64,000 bases of DNA from assembly GCA_902556735.1 (NCBI GenBank), contig CACDXE010000003.1:83817-147816 (forward strand), written 5' to 3'. Under the pieces are notes generated by a model, which saw nothing but the letters and a program-made list of their open reading frames with translations, did not search any database and was not told the origin of the DNA. Positions 10,007-19,279 of this stretch are shown here, in pieces. Origin of the DNA: an uncultured Alphaproteobacteria bacterium. GTDB lineage: Bacteria; Pseudomonadota; Alphaproteobacteria; HIMB59. Made by a program: the position numbers and the translations under genes. How positions within the stretch are numbered: the first letter of the stretch is position 1; every line of letters starts with the position of its first letter.

Positions 10007-10585
10007 ATGAAAATTTTTAGTGTTTTTATTTTAATTACCTTTTGTTCATTATCCTATGCTCATCAACCTGTAATAAATGACTCAAACCCAAATAAACCTA
10101 ATGAGGCATATCTAATAGAAAAACCAGAAATATCAAAAGCAATATACTCTAAATTAAATGGTGATCCACATTATTACTTAATAAATTCTGATCAGAAATT
10201 TAATTTTTATGTTGGTATTACCGTTCCAAAAATTGATGATTGTAATACATTTAGAAAGTTCTCATTTAGTATTTTAGAAGGTAAAGACCTTGGGTTAAGT
10301 GTCATCGAGGAAGTTGATGGTCAAAATTTTGAGTGGTGGGAATGGTATGAGCCTTATGGTAAAAAATGGTATTGGATAGGACCACAAATTGGTGAAAATT
10401 TTAAAAGTACAGTAACTTACGAACCAGGTTCATACTACATTAAAGTTTTCAATGAAATTAATATGGGTAATTACGTTCTTGCAACTGGAGATATAGAAAA
10501 ATTTGGACCTACTGTTATTGCTAAACTGCCATTAATAATGCCAAAAGTTAATAAATTTTGGGACAATGAACATTGTGTAAAATAA
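10007..10585 (+). CDS. hypothetical exported protein
   Basis: 192-aa ORF with a signal peptide (MKIFSVFILITFCSLSYA/HQP) and aromatic-rich WYEPYGKKWYW. Confidence 0.75.
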   Translation: MKIFSVFILITFCSLSYAHQPVINDSNPNKPNEAYLIEKPEISKAIYSKLNGDPHYYLINSDQKFNFYVGITVPKIDDCNTFRKFSFSILEGKDLGLSVIEEVDGQNFEWWEWYEPYGKKWYWIGPQIGENFKSTVTYEPGSYYIKVFNEINMGNYVLATGDIEKFGPTVIAKLPLIMPKVNKFWDNEHCVK

Positions 10586-10848
10586 AGTTTTCATAATATT
10601 CACAAATTAAAAAATACAAAATCCAATTTATTTGATAAGATAGAATCACCTAGAGGATAGGTTTAAGGATGGAGGTTAAAAAGATGAAGCCACCAAAGTA
10701 AGTAATTTAAGTCATCACTTAACAAAATTTCTCATTATCTATTGCTTTTTTTACCTTTTAACATAACTAATCCTAATAAATTTTTTTATTTATATTGCTG
10801 TAATCTTTGAACAACTCATGAATTTTTTTATTTTAATTTTTATTAAAT

Positions 10849-11991
10849 TTAAGGATTTAAATTTTCAATATAATTTAAGCGACCCAAGATTTCATCTCTG
10901 TCCATATAATAACCTTGAAGGTGCCTTTCTCCAGAATTGGCATCATATTCTTTTCTACCATGTAACACTCTTCGATTATTAAAACTAAAAATATCTCCGG
11001 CTTGCATACGAAAGTTAATTTCAAACCTCTGGTCATGAAGTAAGCTTAAAAGCTTTCTGTATGCTGAGTAAAAATGATCCATCTGATCAGGATGGCAGTC
11101 CATAACTCCCATGTAAGCAACGCTGAACCTAATATCATTATAATCATTATTGTGATCGAGAGTTATTATAGGTTTATGCATTACTCTAATTGTATTAGTT
11201 GTGTAGTCTCTATTTACAAATTTTACATACGTATTAAGTAGTACGTCATAATCATTTGGGTGATTATTTTTTAAATAATCAATAACCTTAAAACCATCTA
11301 CAGCAACTGACTCACCCCCAGTAGCATTATTTATTAAGCAGTGAAGAAACTGATATCCTGGAGCAATCTCATAATATGGTAAATCAATATGATTTCTTAG
11401 ACCTGCAGCAGTATAAGCTGAATTATTAGGGTTAGGTATATCAATGACCTCAAATGGTGTTTTAAAAAAAGTTTCTCGAGTGTGACTTATATTTTTCAGG
11501 ATATCAAAACCAGAATTTACATCTGTCGGAGCATTTTTAACAATTGAAATACCAAAAAAATTTAGTTGCTGTAACCACTTTTTTAAACCATCATCACTAC
11601 TATTTATTTCGCTGTAATCTATTTGAATATCAGTAAATGTATCTTGCATGGATTTATCCCAAATCCTATATGGTGAAACGTACTCTCGACTGTGTTTTAA
11701 AGAATAACAATTATGTCTCAACCAATCTCTCTCATAAACACTTTTATGCCCTCCTTCACTCCATTCAATCTCAAGATTACCTTCACTATTTAGAGAGTAA
11801 TTTTTAGGGTGAATATCTTCAGATACATCCAGCAAATTAAAAGTTCGTTCACGAGCTGTTGGATGCACTTCAGAAGGACAATTATCTCTCAACCATAAGA
11901 AATTATATTTACTTTTAAAACCATCACTCCAATTTACCAAAATAGACTTGTTATTTTTATCGATTGTTTTAATTGAAAGATTTTCGCTCAT
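10849..11991 (-). CDS. gamma-butyrobetaine dioxygenase-like Fe(II)/2-oxoglutarate dioxygenase (TauD/TfdA family)
   Basis: WLRDNC N-terminal domain, HIDLPYY (HxD), FLHCL, DGF, NRRVLHGR, RHLQGYY. Confidence 0.88.
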   Translation of the reverse strand: MSENLSIKTIDKNNKSILVNWSDGFKSKYNFLWLRDNCPSEVHPTARERTFNLLDVSEDIHPKNYSLNSEGNLEIEWSEGGHKSVYERDWLRHNCYSLKHSREYVSPYRIWDKSMQDTFTDIQIDYSEINSSDDGLKKWLQQLNFFGISIVKNAPTDVNSGFDILKNISHTRETFFKTPFEVIDIPNPNNSAYTAAGLRNHIDLPYYEIAPGYQFLHCLINNATGGESVAVDGFKVIDYLKNNHPNDYDVLLNTYVKFVNRDYTTNTIRVMHKPIITLDHNNDYNDIRFSVAYMGVMDCHPDQMDHFYSAYRKLLSLLHDQRFEINFRMQAGDIFSFNNRRVLHGRKEYDANSGERHLQGYYMDRDEILGRLNYIENLNP

Positions 11992-11992
11992 A

Positions 11993-12964
11993 TTAAAATT
12001 TATTAAATGTTTTATTCCAATTAGGAAAATTATTTCTATGATATTTATTCAAAGTTTTCATGATTTCAATCAAAAAAATATCTCTTTGCACCTCTAGATC
12101 TTTAATAGTGTATTTTCCTGCCTGTTTTTTTGTGCCTGAAATCATTAATTTTTTTAGTTTTGCATCAAGTTTTGGCGCCTTTAATTTAGTCCAAGGTAAT
12201 TTAAGAGCAGGTCCAAACTGCTCTAACATGTGTTTCATACCAGTTTGCCCTCCTGCAAGATGAAAAGTTAGACAAACACCCATAAAAGACCATCGTAGAC
12301 CAGGTCCATAAACAATCGCATCGTCAACATCTTGAGTCGAAGCAATTCCATCTTTAATTATGTGAAGTGCCTCTCTCCAAAGAGCCTCCTGTAAGCGATC
12401 AGATATATAACCCTCAATTTCTTTTTTTACAATCAAAGGCTTCATTCCTATTCCCTCGTAAAACTTCTTAGCTCTGGTAATTGTGTTTTTCTTTGTTTGC
12501 TTTCCTGATACCAACTCGACAAGAGGTAATAAATATACAGGGTTAAATGGATGTCCTATACAAACTCTTTCTGGATAATTACATAAAGATTGAATTCTTG
12601 TAGGCAAAAGTCCTGATGAACTAGACGCTATGATTATATTTTTTGGCAATAATTTATCTATATGTTTAAGAAGTTTCTTCTTTAACTTTTCATTCTCTGG
12701 AGCATTTTCTTGGACAAAGGTGGTTGAATGAAGAGACTCTCTGAGATCAGAATAAATTTTCAAATTACTAAGTTTTGCATTTTTGTTTAAACCTAACCTT
12801 TTAAGGCTCTTTAAAGCTGTTTTAGTATTTGATAATAGTTGCTTTCTTGCCTTAACACTTGGGTCATAAGCATTAACTATTAGACCACATGCTAGCATTC
12901 TAGCAGCCCATCCAGCGCCAATGACACCAGCACCGACTATTGTGACAATCTTTTTTTTAATCAA
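11993..12964 (-). CDS. lcdH: L-carnitine dehydrogenase (3-hydroxyacyl-CoA dehydrogenase family)
   Basis: GAGVIGAGWAAR, QENAPE, HPFNPVYLLPLVE, DRLQEALWRE, GPGLRW, QFGPALKLPWTKL. Confidence 0.88.
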   Translation of the reverse strand: MIKKKIVTIVGAGVIGAGWAARMLACGLIVNAYDPSVKARKQLLSNTKTALKSLKRLGLNKNAKLSNLKIYSDLRESLHSTTFVQENAPENEKLKKKLLKHIDKLLPKNIIIASSSSGLLPTRIQSLCNYPERVCIGHPFNPVYLLPLVELVSGKQTKKNTITRAKKFYEGIGMKPLIVKKEIEGYISDRLQEALWREALHIIKDGIASTQDVDDAIVYGPGLRWSFMGVCLTFHLAGGQTGMKHMLEQFGPALKLPWTKLKAPKLDAKLKKLMISGTKKQAGKYTIKDLEVQRDIFLIEIMKTLNKYHRNNFPNWNKTFNKF

Positions 12965-13015
12965 CTTTTAAAAATATATTAACTCATAAATATTAAATTA
13001 TGATATTTTTTTTGT

Positions 13016-13438
13016 ATGATTATATATATTTGTAAGTTCCTTCATCTTATATCTCTGTTTATTGCTGGAGGAGGAGGTATTGGTAGTGCTGTTATACAAT
13101 CTATATATATAAAAGAAGGTAAAGTGCCCGAGCCTCATTTGGCTAGAGGTTTTAAGGTTTTAGCATTTTTATCTTTATTAGCTATCATCACAATGTGGGT
13201 TACTGGAATTATTTTGCTATTGGTAATATACGGCTCATTTAATTTAGGTTGGACTTTTCATATGAAATTATTTGGAGCTAGCTTAATTTTAATAACAGCC
13301 ATATTTATAAATATGCATTTATATGTATCAGCTAAAAAAAGCCTATCCCCCAATCAAAAATATATCAAAAATTCTGGGTCTTTGTCTAGATTAGGCCTGA
13401 TTCTTGCCATAGCTGGTGCAATAGGATCTTTTGTCTGA
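13016..13438 (+). CDS. four-helix membrane protein of unknown function
   Basis: Four hydrophobic segments; His residues in FLHL and FHMKL. Confidence 0.7.
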   Translation: MIIYICKFLHLISLFIAGGGGIGSAVIQSIYIKEGKVPEPHLARGFKVLAFLSLLAIITMWVTGIILLLVIYGSFNLGWTFHMKLFGASLILITAIFINMHLYVSAKKSLSPNQKYIKNSGSLSRLGLILAIAGAIGSFV

Positions 13439-13478
13439 CCATATTTATTTTTTTTTTAGTTTATGGTATTTTTTCTAA

Positions 13479-14471
13479 ATGAAAGTTGACTTAGACAAAT
13501 GGCATCATTGTGAAGTTGATAAAGAAGAATTTGTAAAGCTTCTTAAGAAGTCTGATTATCAAGGTTTTAAACACATGTTTATTTTCTTTGGGTCTTTAAT
13601 GGTATTCGGTGTTTTAGCTTATATGACATGGGGGACTTGGTGGTCTTTATTATTTTTTTTAATTTATGGAAATATATGGAATTGCGCAGATCCTATTTGG
13701 CACGAAACAGGACATAAAACAGCATTTAAAACTAACTATTGGAATAACTTTTTTTATCAAATTGGTAGTTATATGAATGGATTTGAACCAGTAAGATGGA
13801 GGTGGTCTCATTTCCGTCATCATGGTTATACTTACTTTGATGATCCTCTTGATTTTGAAATAGCAATAAGAAAACCAACTGATGTTTTTTACTTTTTCAG
13901 TTTATTTATACCTTTCTTTGACATAATTAATTTTAAAAAAACAACTCAATACGAAACTATTCTTCATGCTTTAGGCAAAAAAACAGAGGTAATGAAACAA
14001 GTAATTCCTGAAAGAGAACATCAAAAGTGCATAAACTCTTCAAGATTACATGTTGGTATTTGGATCTTATTAATTTCAATGTCAATTACTTTTCAGACTT
14101 GGTTGCCGGTTTTATATTTTTTACTTCCAAACTTTTATGGGATAACACTCAAAAGACTTTTTGGATTAACTCAACACACTGGGCTAAAAGATAATATCAA
14201 AGATCATAGATATAGTACTAGAACAATGCATTTAAACCCGATCTTCAGTTTTTTATATTGGCAGATGGAATATCACATTGAACATCATATGTACCCTACT
14301 GTGCCATCGCATAATTTGCCTAAACTTCACCAATTAGTTAAAGATCAGATGCCTCCTGCAAAAAAAGGTTTATGGGGAGCATACTCTGAAATCATCCCTA
14401 CAATTTTAAAACAAGCAAAAAACCCTTCATATGAATTACAAGTAGCCGTTCCATCTAATAATAATGGCTGA
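13479..14471 (+). CDS. fatty acid desaturase-family di-iron membrane oxygenase (MocD-like)
   Basis: His boxes HETGHKTAF, WSHFRHH, YHIEHHMYP; TQH; TM segments. Confidence 0.85.
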   Translation: MKVDLDKWHHCEVDKEEFVKLLKKSDYQGFKHMFIFFGSLMVFGVLAYMTWGTWWSLLFFLIYGNIWNCADPIWHETGHKTAFKTNYWNNFFYQIGSYMNGFEPVRWRWSHFRHHGYTYFDDPLDFEIAIRKPTDVFYFFSLFIPFFDIINFKKTTQYETILHALGKKTEVMKQVIPEREHQKCINSSRLHVGIWILLISMSITFQTWLPVLYFLLPNFYGITLKRLFGLTQHTGLKDNIKDHRYSTRTMHLNPIFSFLYWQMEYHIEHHMYPTVPSHNLPKLHQLVKDQMPPAKKGLWGAYSEIIPTILKQAKNPSYELQVAVPSNNNG

Positions 14472-15249
14472 AAGAATTACCGTTTTTGATTTATGGAGTC
14501 AAAAAGGGAAAAAAAAATGGCCTCAAACTCATATAGATACTGCAAAAGAGGCAGAAGCTGCATATAAAGCAGGAATTGAAATAATTTCCTGTGAACCCGA
14601 TCATCAGTTCAAGGATGTAAGAAAAGTTGCTCCAACAGCATTTTTATCTGTTGGTCTTAAACATGGATTGGTGAGTTCTCCTCAAGAGGCAATAAAAAAA
14701 GGTTTTGAAATAATGGAAATGGGTGCTGATGCTATTTATTGTTCGCACTCTATTAACTTTATTGAGGCAATGGCAAAGGAGGGAATTCCTATAACAGCTC
14801 ACGTTGGTTTGGTGCCTAACCTCTCAACTTGGACTAATTTCAGAGCGGTGGGCAAAACTGCAGAAGAAGCATTAAAAGTCTATCAAAACGTCAAAGATCT
14901 TGAAAGTGCAGGTGCAGCTTGTGTAGAAGTAGAAGTAGTTCCTGTTGAATTAGCAGATTATATTACAAAAAATACAAGAATGATTACCATGGGAATGGGC
15001 TGTGGAGATGTTTGTGATACGCAGTATCTTTTTTGTAATGACATACTTGGTACTAATAAAGGTCATTACCCAAGACATGCAAAAAAATATGTAGATATAT
15101 TATCTAAAGAGGATGAGTTACAAAAAATAAGGGTTGAAGGATTTAAAATGTTTGTTGATGACGTTAAGAACGGGCAGTATCCTGAAGATAAACATTTAAT
15201 AAAAATGGAAGAGAAAGAACTAGATAATTTTTTAAATAAAATTAAATAA
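14464..15249 (+). CDS. divergent PanB-like (ketopantoate hydroxymethyltransferase fold) enzyme
   Basis: HVGLVP, EVEVVP, GMGCGDVCDTQYL...DILG and PRHAKKY align to PanB, but the TAYD and LVGDS motifs are missing. Confidence 0.75.
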   Translation: MAERITVFDLWSQKGKKKWPQTHIDTAKEAEAAYKAGIEIISCEPDHQFKDVRKVAPTAFLSVGLKHGLVSSPQEAIKKGFEIMEMGADAIYCSHSINFIEAMAKEGIPITAHVGLVPNLSTWTNFRAVGKTAEEALKVYQNVKDLESAGAACVEVEVVPVELADYITKNTRMITMGMGCGDVCDTQYLFCNDILGTNKGHYPRHAKKYVDILSKEDELQKIRVEGFKMFVDDVKNGQYPEDKHLIKMEEKELDNFLNKIK

Positions 15250-15250
15250 G

Positions 15251-16708
15251 ATGAAAAAAAACTTTTTTAGAAAAGTTGCTTTTGGTTTAAGTCCCAATGA
15301 AAAAATAAACGATGATCCCTTAAATTGGGCTAAACAACAATTTGATACTGTGCCAAAATTTGTTTGGGAAAAAAAACTTCCTAATCTTGAAGAACAACAA
15401 GACAAATATGGCAAATGGGTTTATGAAGACCGTAAAGTTTTAAGAGAAAAATATAAAAATGACCGACTAGCTTATGAAAAAGAAAAAGATAATTTAAGAG
15501 TAATTACAGGAGAGAAATTTTTTGAGCCATTAGAGTTATCTGTGAGACATTCTACGGCCCTAGCTTCAAACTCACCAGCGTTTGAGAGAATGTGGCATTT
15601 TTGGGGTAACTTTTTTGCGATTAGTGAAAAGGATTTTTTAGCAAGTTTTTCTACAGGTGTTTATCAGCGAGAGATTATTCGACCTAATATGGTGAATACT
15701 TTTGAAGATTTAGTTTATTCGGTGACTACATCATGGTGCATGCTTCATCACCTTGATAACGCTGAGAATATTGGACCTAACTCAATAGAAGGTTTGAGGG
15801 AGAATTCAGATAGTGATAATGAAAAAGTAGGTCTCAATGAAAATCATGCAAGAGAATTACTAGAACTGCATACACTCTCACCTGAGGGGAAGTACTCTCA
15901 AAAAGATGTAATCGAGATGGCAAAGGTTATGACAGGTTGGCGACATTTATGGAATAATAAAAAATTAGAGGCAGGTCCTATTAAATTTCAACCTGAATAT
16001 CATGAACAAGGACCATATAAAATTTTAGGAAAAATTTACGACATCAAAGATTTTAATACTGTTAATCAAGGAAAAGAGTTAGGAATAGTAATTAAAGATC
16101 TAGCTAACCACCCAGCTACTATTAGGCATGTAGCAAGAAAGCTATGCCAACATTATATTTGTGATGAACCAACAGAGGAAATGATTGCAAGTATTGTTAA
16201 AAAATGGAAACAAAATGATGGCAATTTAATTGAAGTTCACAAATCAACTATGGAGGCAGTATTTGATTATGGTTCAAATTATCAAAAATTTTCAATGCCA
16301 GAATTGTGGCTTTTACAAAACTCAAGGATGTTAGGACTAAATTATATTTACTTGTTTCCCAAAGGTTTTGAGTTTAATGGATCTAGACCTAGTAGAAGTC
16401 ATAGGCTGGTTAAGGATATACTGTGGGAAATTGGTCATCCCATTTATCGAGCTAAACAACCTAATGGTTTTATTGATCTTGAAGATGAATGGCTGTCACC
16501 TGAGTTAATTATTCGTAGACTAGCGGCAGCTAGAAGATTTGCTGACATCACCAAATCTAATGTAATTTATGATCAGGATTATTTTTTAAATGTAATTGAA
16601 AAGAATTTTGATCAACCAGAAAATTTACTTAATTTAATGAAAGATCCAGTATTTTATGCTGATCGGTTTGCTATTTTTGCAAATAGTCCCGAGGTAATGA
16701 GAGTATGA
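15251..16708 (+). CDS. DUF1800 family protein
   Basis: ERMWHFWGNFF, MLHHLDN, GLNENHARELLELHTL, MTGW, HPAT, QPNGF. Confidence 0.9.
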   Translation: MKKNFFRKVAFGLSPNEKINDDPLNWAKQQFDTVPKFVWEKKLPNLEEQQDKYGKWVYEDRKVLREKYKNDRLAYEKEKDNLRVITGEKFFEPLELSVRHSTALASNSPAFERMWHFWGNFFAISEKDFLASFSTGVYQREIIRPNMVNTFEDLVYSVTTSWCMLHHLDNAENIGPNSIEGLRENSDSDNEKVGLNENHARELLELHTLSPEGKYSQKDVIEMAKVMTGWRHLWNNKKLEAGPIKFQPEYHEQGPYKILGKIYDIKDFNTVNQGKELGIVIKDLANHPATIRHVARKLCQHYICDEPTEEMIASIVKKWKQNDGNLIEVHKSTMEAVFDYGSNYQKFSMPELWLLQNSRMLGLNYIYLFPKGFEFNGSRPSRSHRLVKDILWEIGHPIYRAKQPNGFIDLEDEWLSPELIIRRLAAARRFADITKSNVIYDQDYFLNVIEKNFDQPENLLNLMKDPVFYADRFAIFANSPEVMRV

Positions 16709-17853
16709 ATTGTACTAGAAGAAGTTTTTTAAAAGGTAGTTTAGCAACTATTTTCTTTTCAAATTTTAATATCCCACTTTATGGGTCTATTTCAAATACT
16801 AAAAAAAATCTTGTAATTATAAGTCTCAGAGGAGGAATGGACGGTTTAACTGCTGTACCAGTGAATGACATCCTTATCAACAAATACAGATCTGATTTAA
16901 TTTTAAAAAATAAATTAAAACTTAATTCAGATTTTTCTTTACATCCTAAATTAAAAACACTTCATAGCTTATGGTCTCAAAATTTAGCAGCCGTAATTCA
17001 TGCAACAAATGTGCCCTATACAGGAAGATCTCATTTTGATGGACAAAATATAATGGAAACAGGTGCCTTAAAAGCTTACACCAAAAAAACAGGTTGGCTA
17101 GGAAGGGGAATGAAATCATCAGGTCTATATGGTTCAAGTCTCGCCTTAAGTTTACCAATGCCACTTTTACTGAGAGGTGTTGAGGGAAATAACAATTATT
17201 TTCCTACTTGGATGCACCTTCCAAAAAGAGAGGTTATTGAAAGAATAACAAGAGCCTATGATGGAATTGAGCATGACAAACTACAGGAGGTTTACAATGT
17301 AATAATGAATAGACCTCTTACTATGCAAGGTGGAGATGAAACTCTAGATAGCCTATCAAAAAGAACAGCTAAAATTTTAAAAGATCCTCTTGGTCCAAAA
17401 GTGGCTGTTTTCGATATCGAGGGCTTTGATACACATACAGCTCAAGGGACAGACAATGGTGAACATGCAGATAATCTTCATGATATAGATTTAATTATTA
17501 AAAACCTCCATACTGGTATGGGAAGTGATTTTAATAATACATTAATATTGACGCTCACAGAATTTGGAAGAACAGTAGAACAAAATGGTGGAAACGGAAC
17601 AGAACATGGTTATGGTTCAGCTATTTTAATGGCAGGAGGACTATTGAAAAAATCTCAAGTTTTTACTGATTGGCCAGGTTTAAAAAAAAATAGTTTATTT
17701 GAAGGAAGAGATCTTAACAGCACTATTGATGCCAGATCAATATATGCTTCTGCCATGTCAAGTGTATTTGATACTGATTTTGAAAAAATAAAAAGAGAAG
17801 TTTTTTGGGAACAAAATATAAAAAATTATTCTGAAAATTTATTCAAATCATAA
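16705..17853 (+). CDS. DUF1501 family protein with Tat signal
   Basis: TRRSFLK twin-arginine motif, LRGGMDGL, RSHFDGQ, GWLGR, GFDTH, TEFGRT, NGTEHG. Confidence 0.9.
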   Translation: MNCTRRSFLKGSLATIFFSNFNIPLYGSISNTKKNLVIISLRGGMDGLTAVPVNDILINKYRSDLILKNKLKLNSDFSLHPKLKTLHSLWSQNLAAVIHATNVPYTGRSHFDGQNIMETGALKAYTKKTGWLGRGMKSSGLYGSSLALSLPMPLLLRGVEGNNNYFPTWMHLPKREVIERITRAYDGIEHDKLQEVYNVIMNRPLTMQGGDETLDSLSKRTAKILKDPLGPKVAVFDIEGFDTHTAQGTDNGEHADNLHDIDLIIKNLHTGMGSDFNNTLILTLTEFGRTVEQNGGNGTEHGYGSAILMAGGLLKKSQVFTDWPGLKKNSLFEGRDLNSTIDARSIYASAMSSVFDTDFEKIKREVFWEQNIKNYSENLFKS

Positions 17854-17854
17854 G

Positions 17855-19240
17855 TTAAATTGAGTCTAAATATAATTCAATATCCAACTCAGTAACAGCA
17901 CTTGCAACTTTATTATACTCCATCTCCTTTATAGCGATAAAAGCTTTATGGAGTTCAGATCCTAAAGTTTCTTTTAAGAATAATGATTTTTTAGATAAAT
18001 TAATTGATGAGTTCCAATCTGTTGGAATTTTATTCTTACTAGATGATTTTTTTAAATATGAATTACCAGTAGTCTGTTTGTCAGCATTTATTTTATTAGT
18101 TAATCCTTTTTTAATTGCTGAAACAACCGTTAATGCAACTAAATATGGATTTGCATCTACACCAGAAACTCTGTGTTCAATTCTTCTATTATGAGAGTTG
18201 CTGGTGGGTATTCTAAAAGCCACAGATCTATTATCTATACCCCAATTGGGTCTAGTGGGAGCATAAGAGCCTAATACAAATCTTCTCCAACTATTTGCAT
18301 TTGGAGCAAATATTAACATACTCTCACCCATATATTTTGAGAGTCCTCCAAGAGCATAATTAAGTTTCTTGCTAATTTTTTCTTTGTTCTTCTCAGCAAA
18401 TATATTTTTGCCTTTTTTGTCATACAATGAAATATGAAAGTGCATACCAGAACCAGTTATATTCTCCATCGGTTTTGCCATAAAGCATGCTGTCACACCA
18501 TGCGCTCTTGCTTGTGCTCTAATAATTCTCTTTAATCTTAAAATATCATCAGCTGCTTTCAATAATGAGCTTTGATGTTTAAGAGTAAGTTCATATTGAC
18601 CAGGTGCGTATTCTGAAATAATAGTTTCGGCATCTACTTTTGCAAGTTTTGTGGCTTTATATATATCATCTATTAGTGGCATCATACCATGAAGGTGATC
18701 AACTGAGTAAACATCTGTTTTTTTAATTGAAGCTTTTTTTCCAATTATAGATTTTGCTGGCTTAAGTTTTCCATACTCATCCAGTTCATTTGAAACCAGA
18801 AAAAATTCTAATTCAAATGCTCCAAAACAAGAGATACCATCTTTTTTTAATTCTTGTATTTTATTTTCCAAAACATTTCGTGGGTCAGTTAATAGTTTAT
18901 TACCATCAATATCATACATGTTCATGAATAACTCACCTCTTGGTGGTTTGCTGTTATGCAATAACTTAAGTGATGATGGTATAGGCCAAGCTTTTATGTC
19001 ACCATCACCCTGCTCTAAAATCAATCCTGTTTCAGGTGTATCCTCACCAGTAATATCCATTCCAAGTAATGAAAGAGGAAATTGCCTACCTGACTTATAC
19101 AAATTTAATAACTCATTTCTTCTAATTATTTTTCCACGACCTACACCATTACAATCATGCATTACAATATCGAATGATTTTACTTGTGTATTTCTTTTCA
19201 AAAAATTATGTACTTCAGATAAATAATTTTTAGTTTTCAT
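17855..19240 (-). CDS. glutamine synthetase-family gamma-glutamyl ligase (PuuA-like)
   Basis: RGK, ELEFFL, SEYAPGQYE, FMAKP, GSGMHFH, WGIDNR, RIEHRVSGVDANPYL. Confidence 0.85.
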   Translation of the reverse strand: MKTKNYLSEVHNFLKRNTQVKSFDIVMHDCNGVGRGKIIRRNELLNLYKSGRQFPLSLLGMDITGEDTPETGLILEQGDGDIKAWPIPSSLKLLHNSKPPRGELFMNMYDIDGNKLLTDPRNVLENKIQELKKDGISCFGAFELEFFLVSNELDEYGKLKPAKSIIGKKASIKKTDVYSVDHLHGMMPLIDDIYKATKLAKVDAETIISEYAPGQYELTLKHQSSLLKAADDILRLKRIIRAQARAHGVTACFMAKPMENITGSGMHFHISLYDKKGKNIFAEKNKEKISKKLNYALGGLSKYMGESMLIFAPNANSWRRFVLGSYAPTRPNWGIDNRSVAFRIPTSNSHNRRIEHRVSGVDANPYLVALTVVSAIKKGLTNKINADKQTTGNSYLKKSSSKNKIPTDWNSSINLSKKSLFLKETLGSELHKAFIAIKEMEYNKVASAVTELDIELYLDSI

Positions 19241-19279
19241 GACATATATTTATAATATAAAAATATTAATATAAACTTT

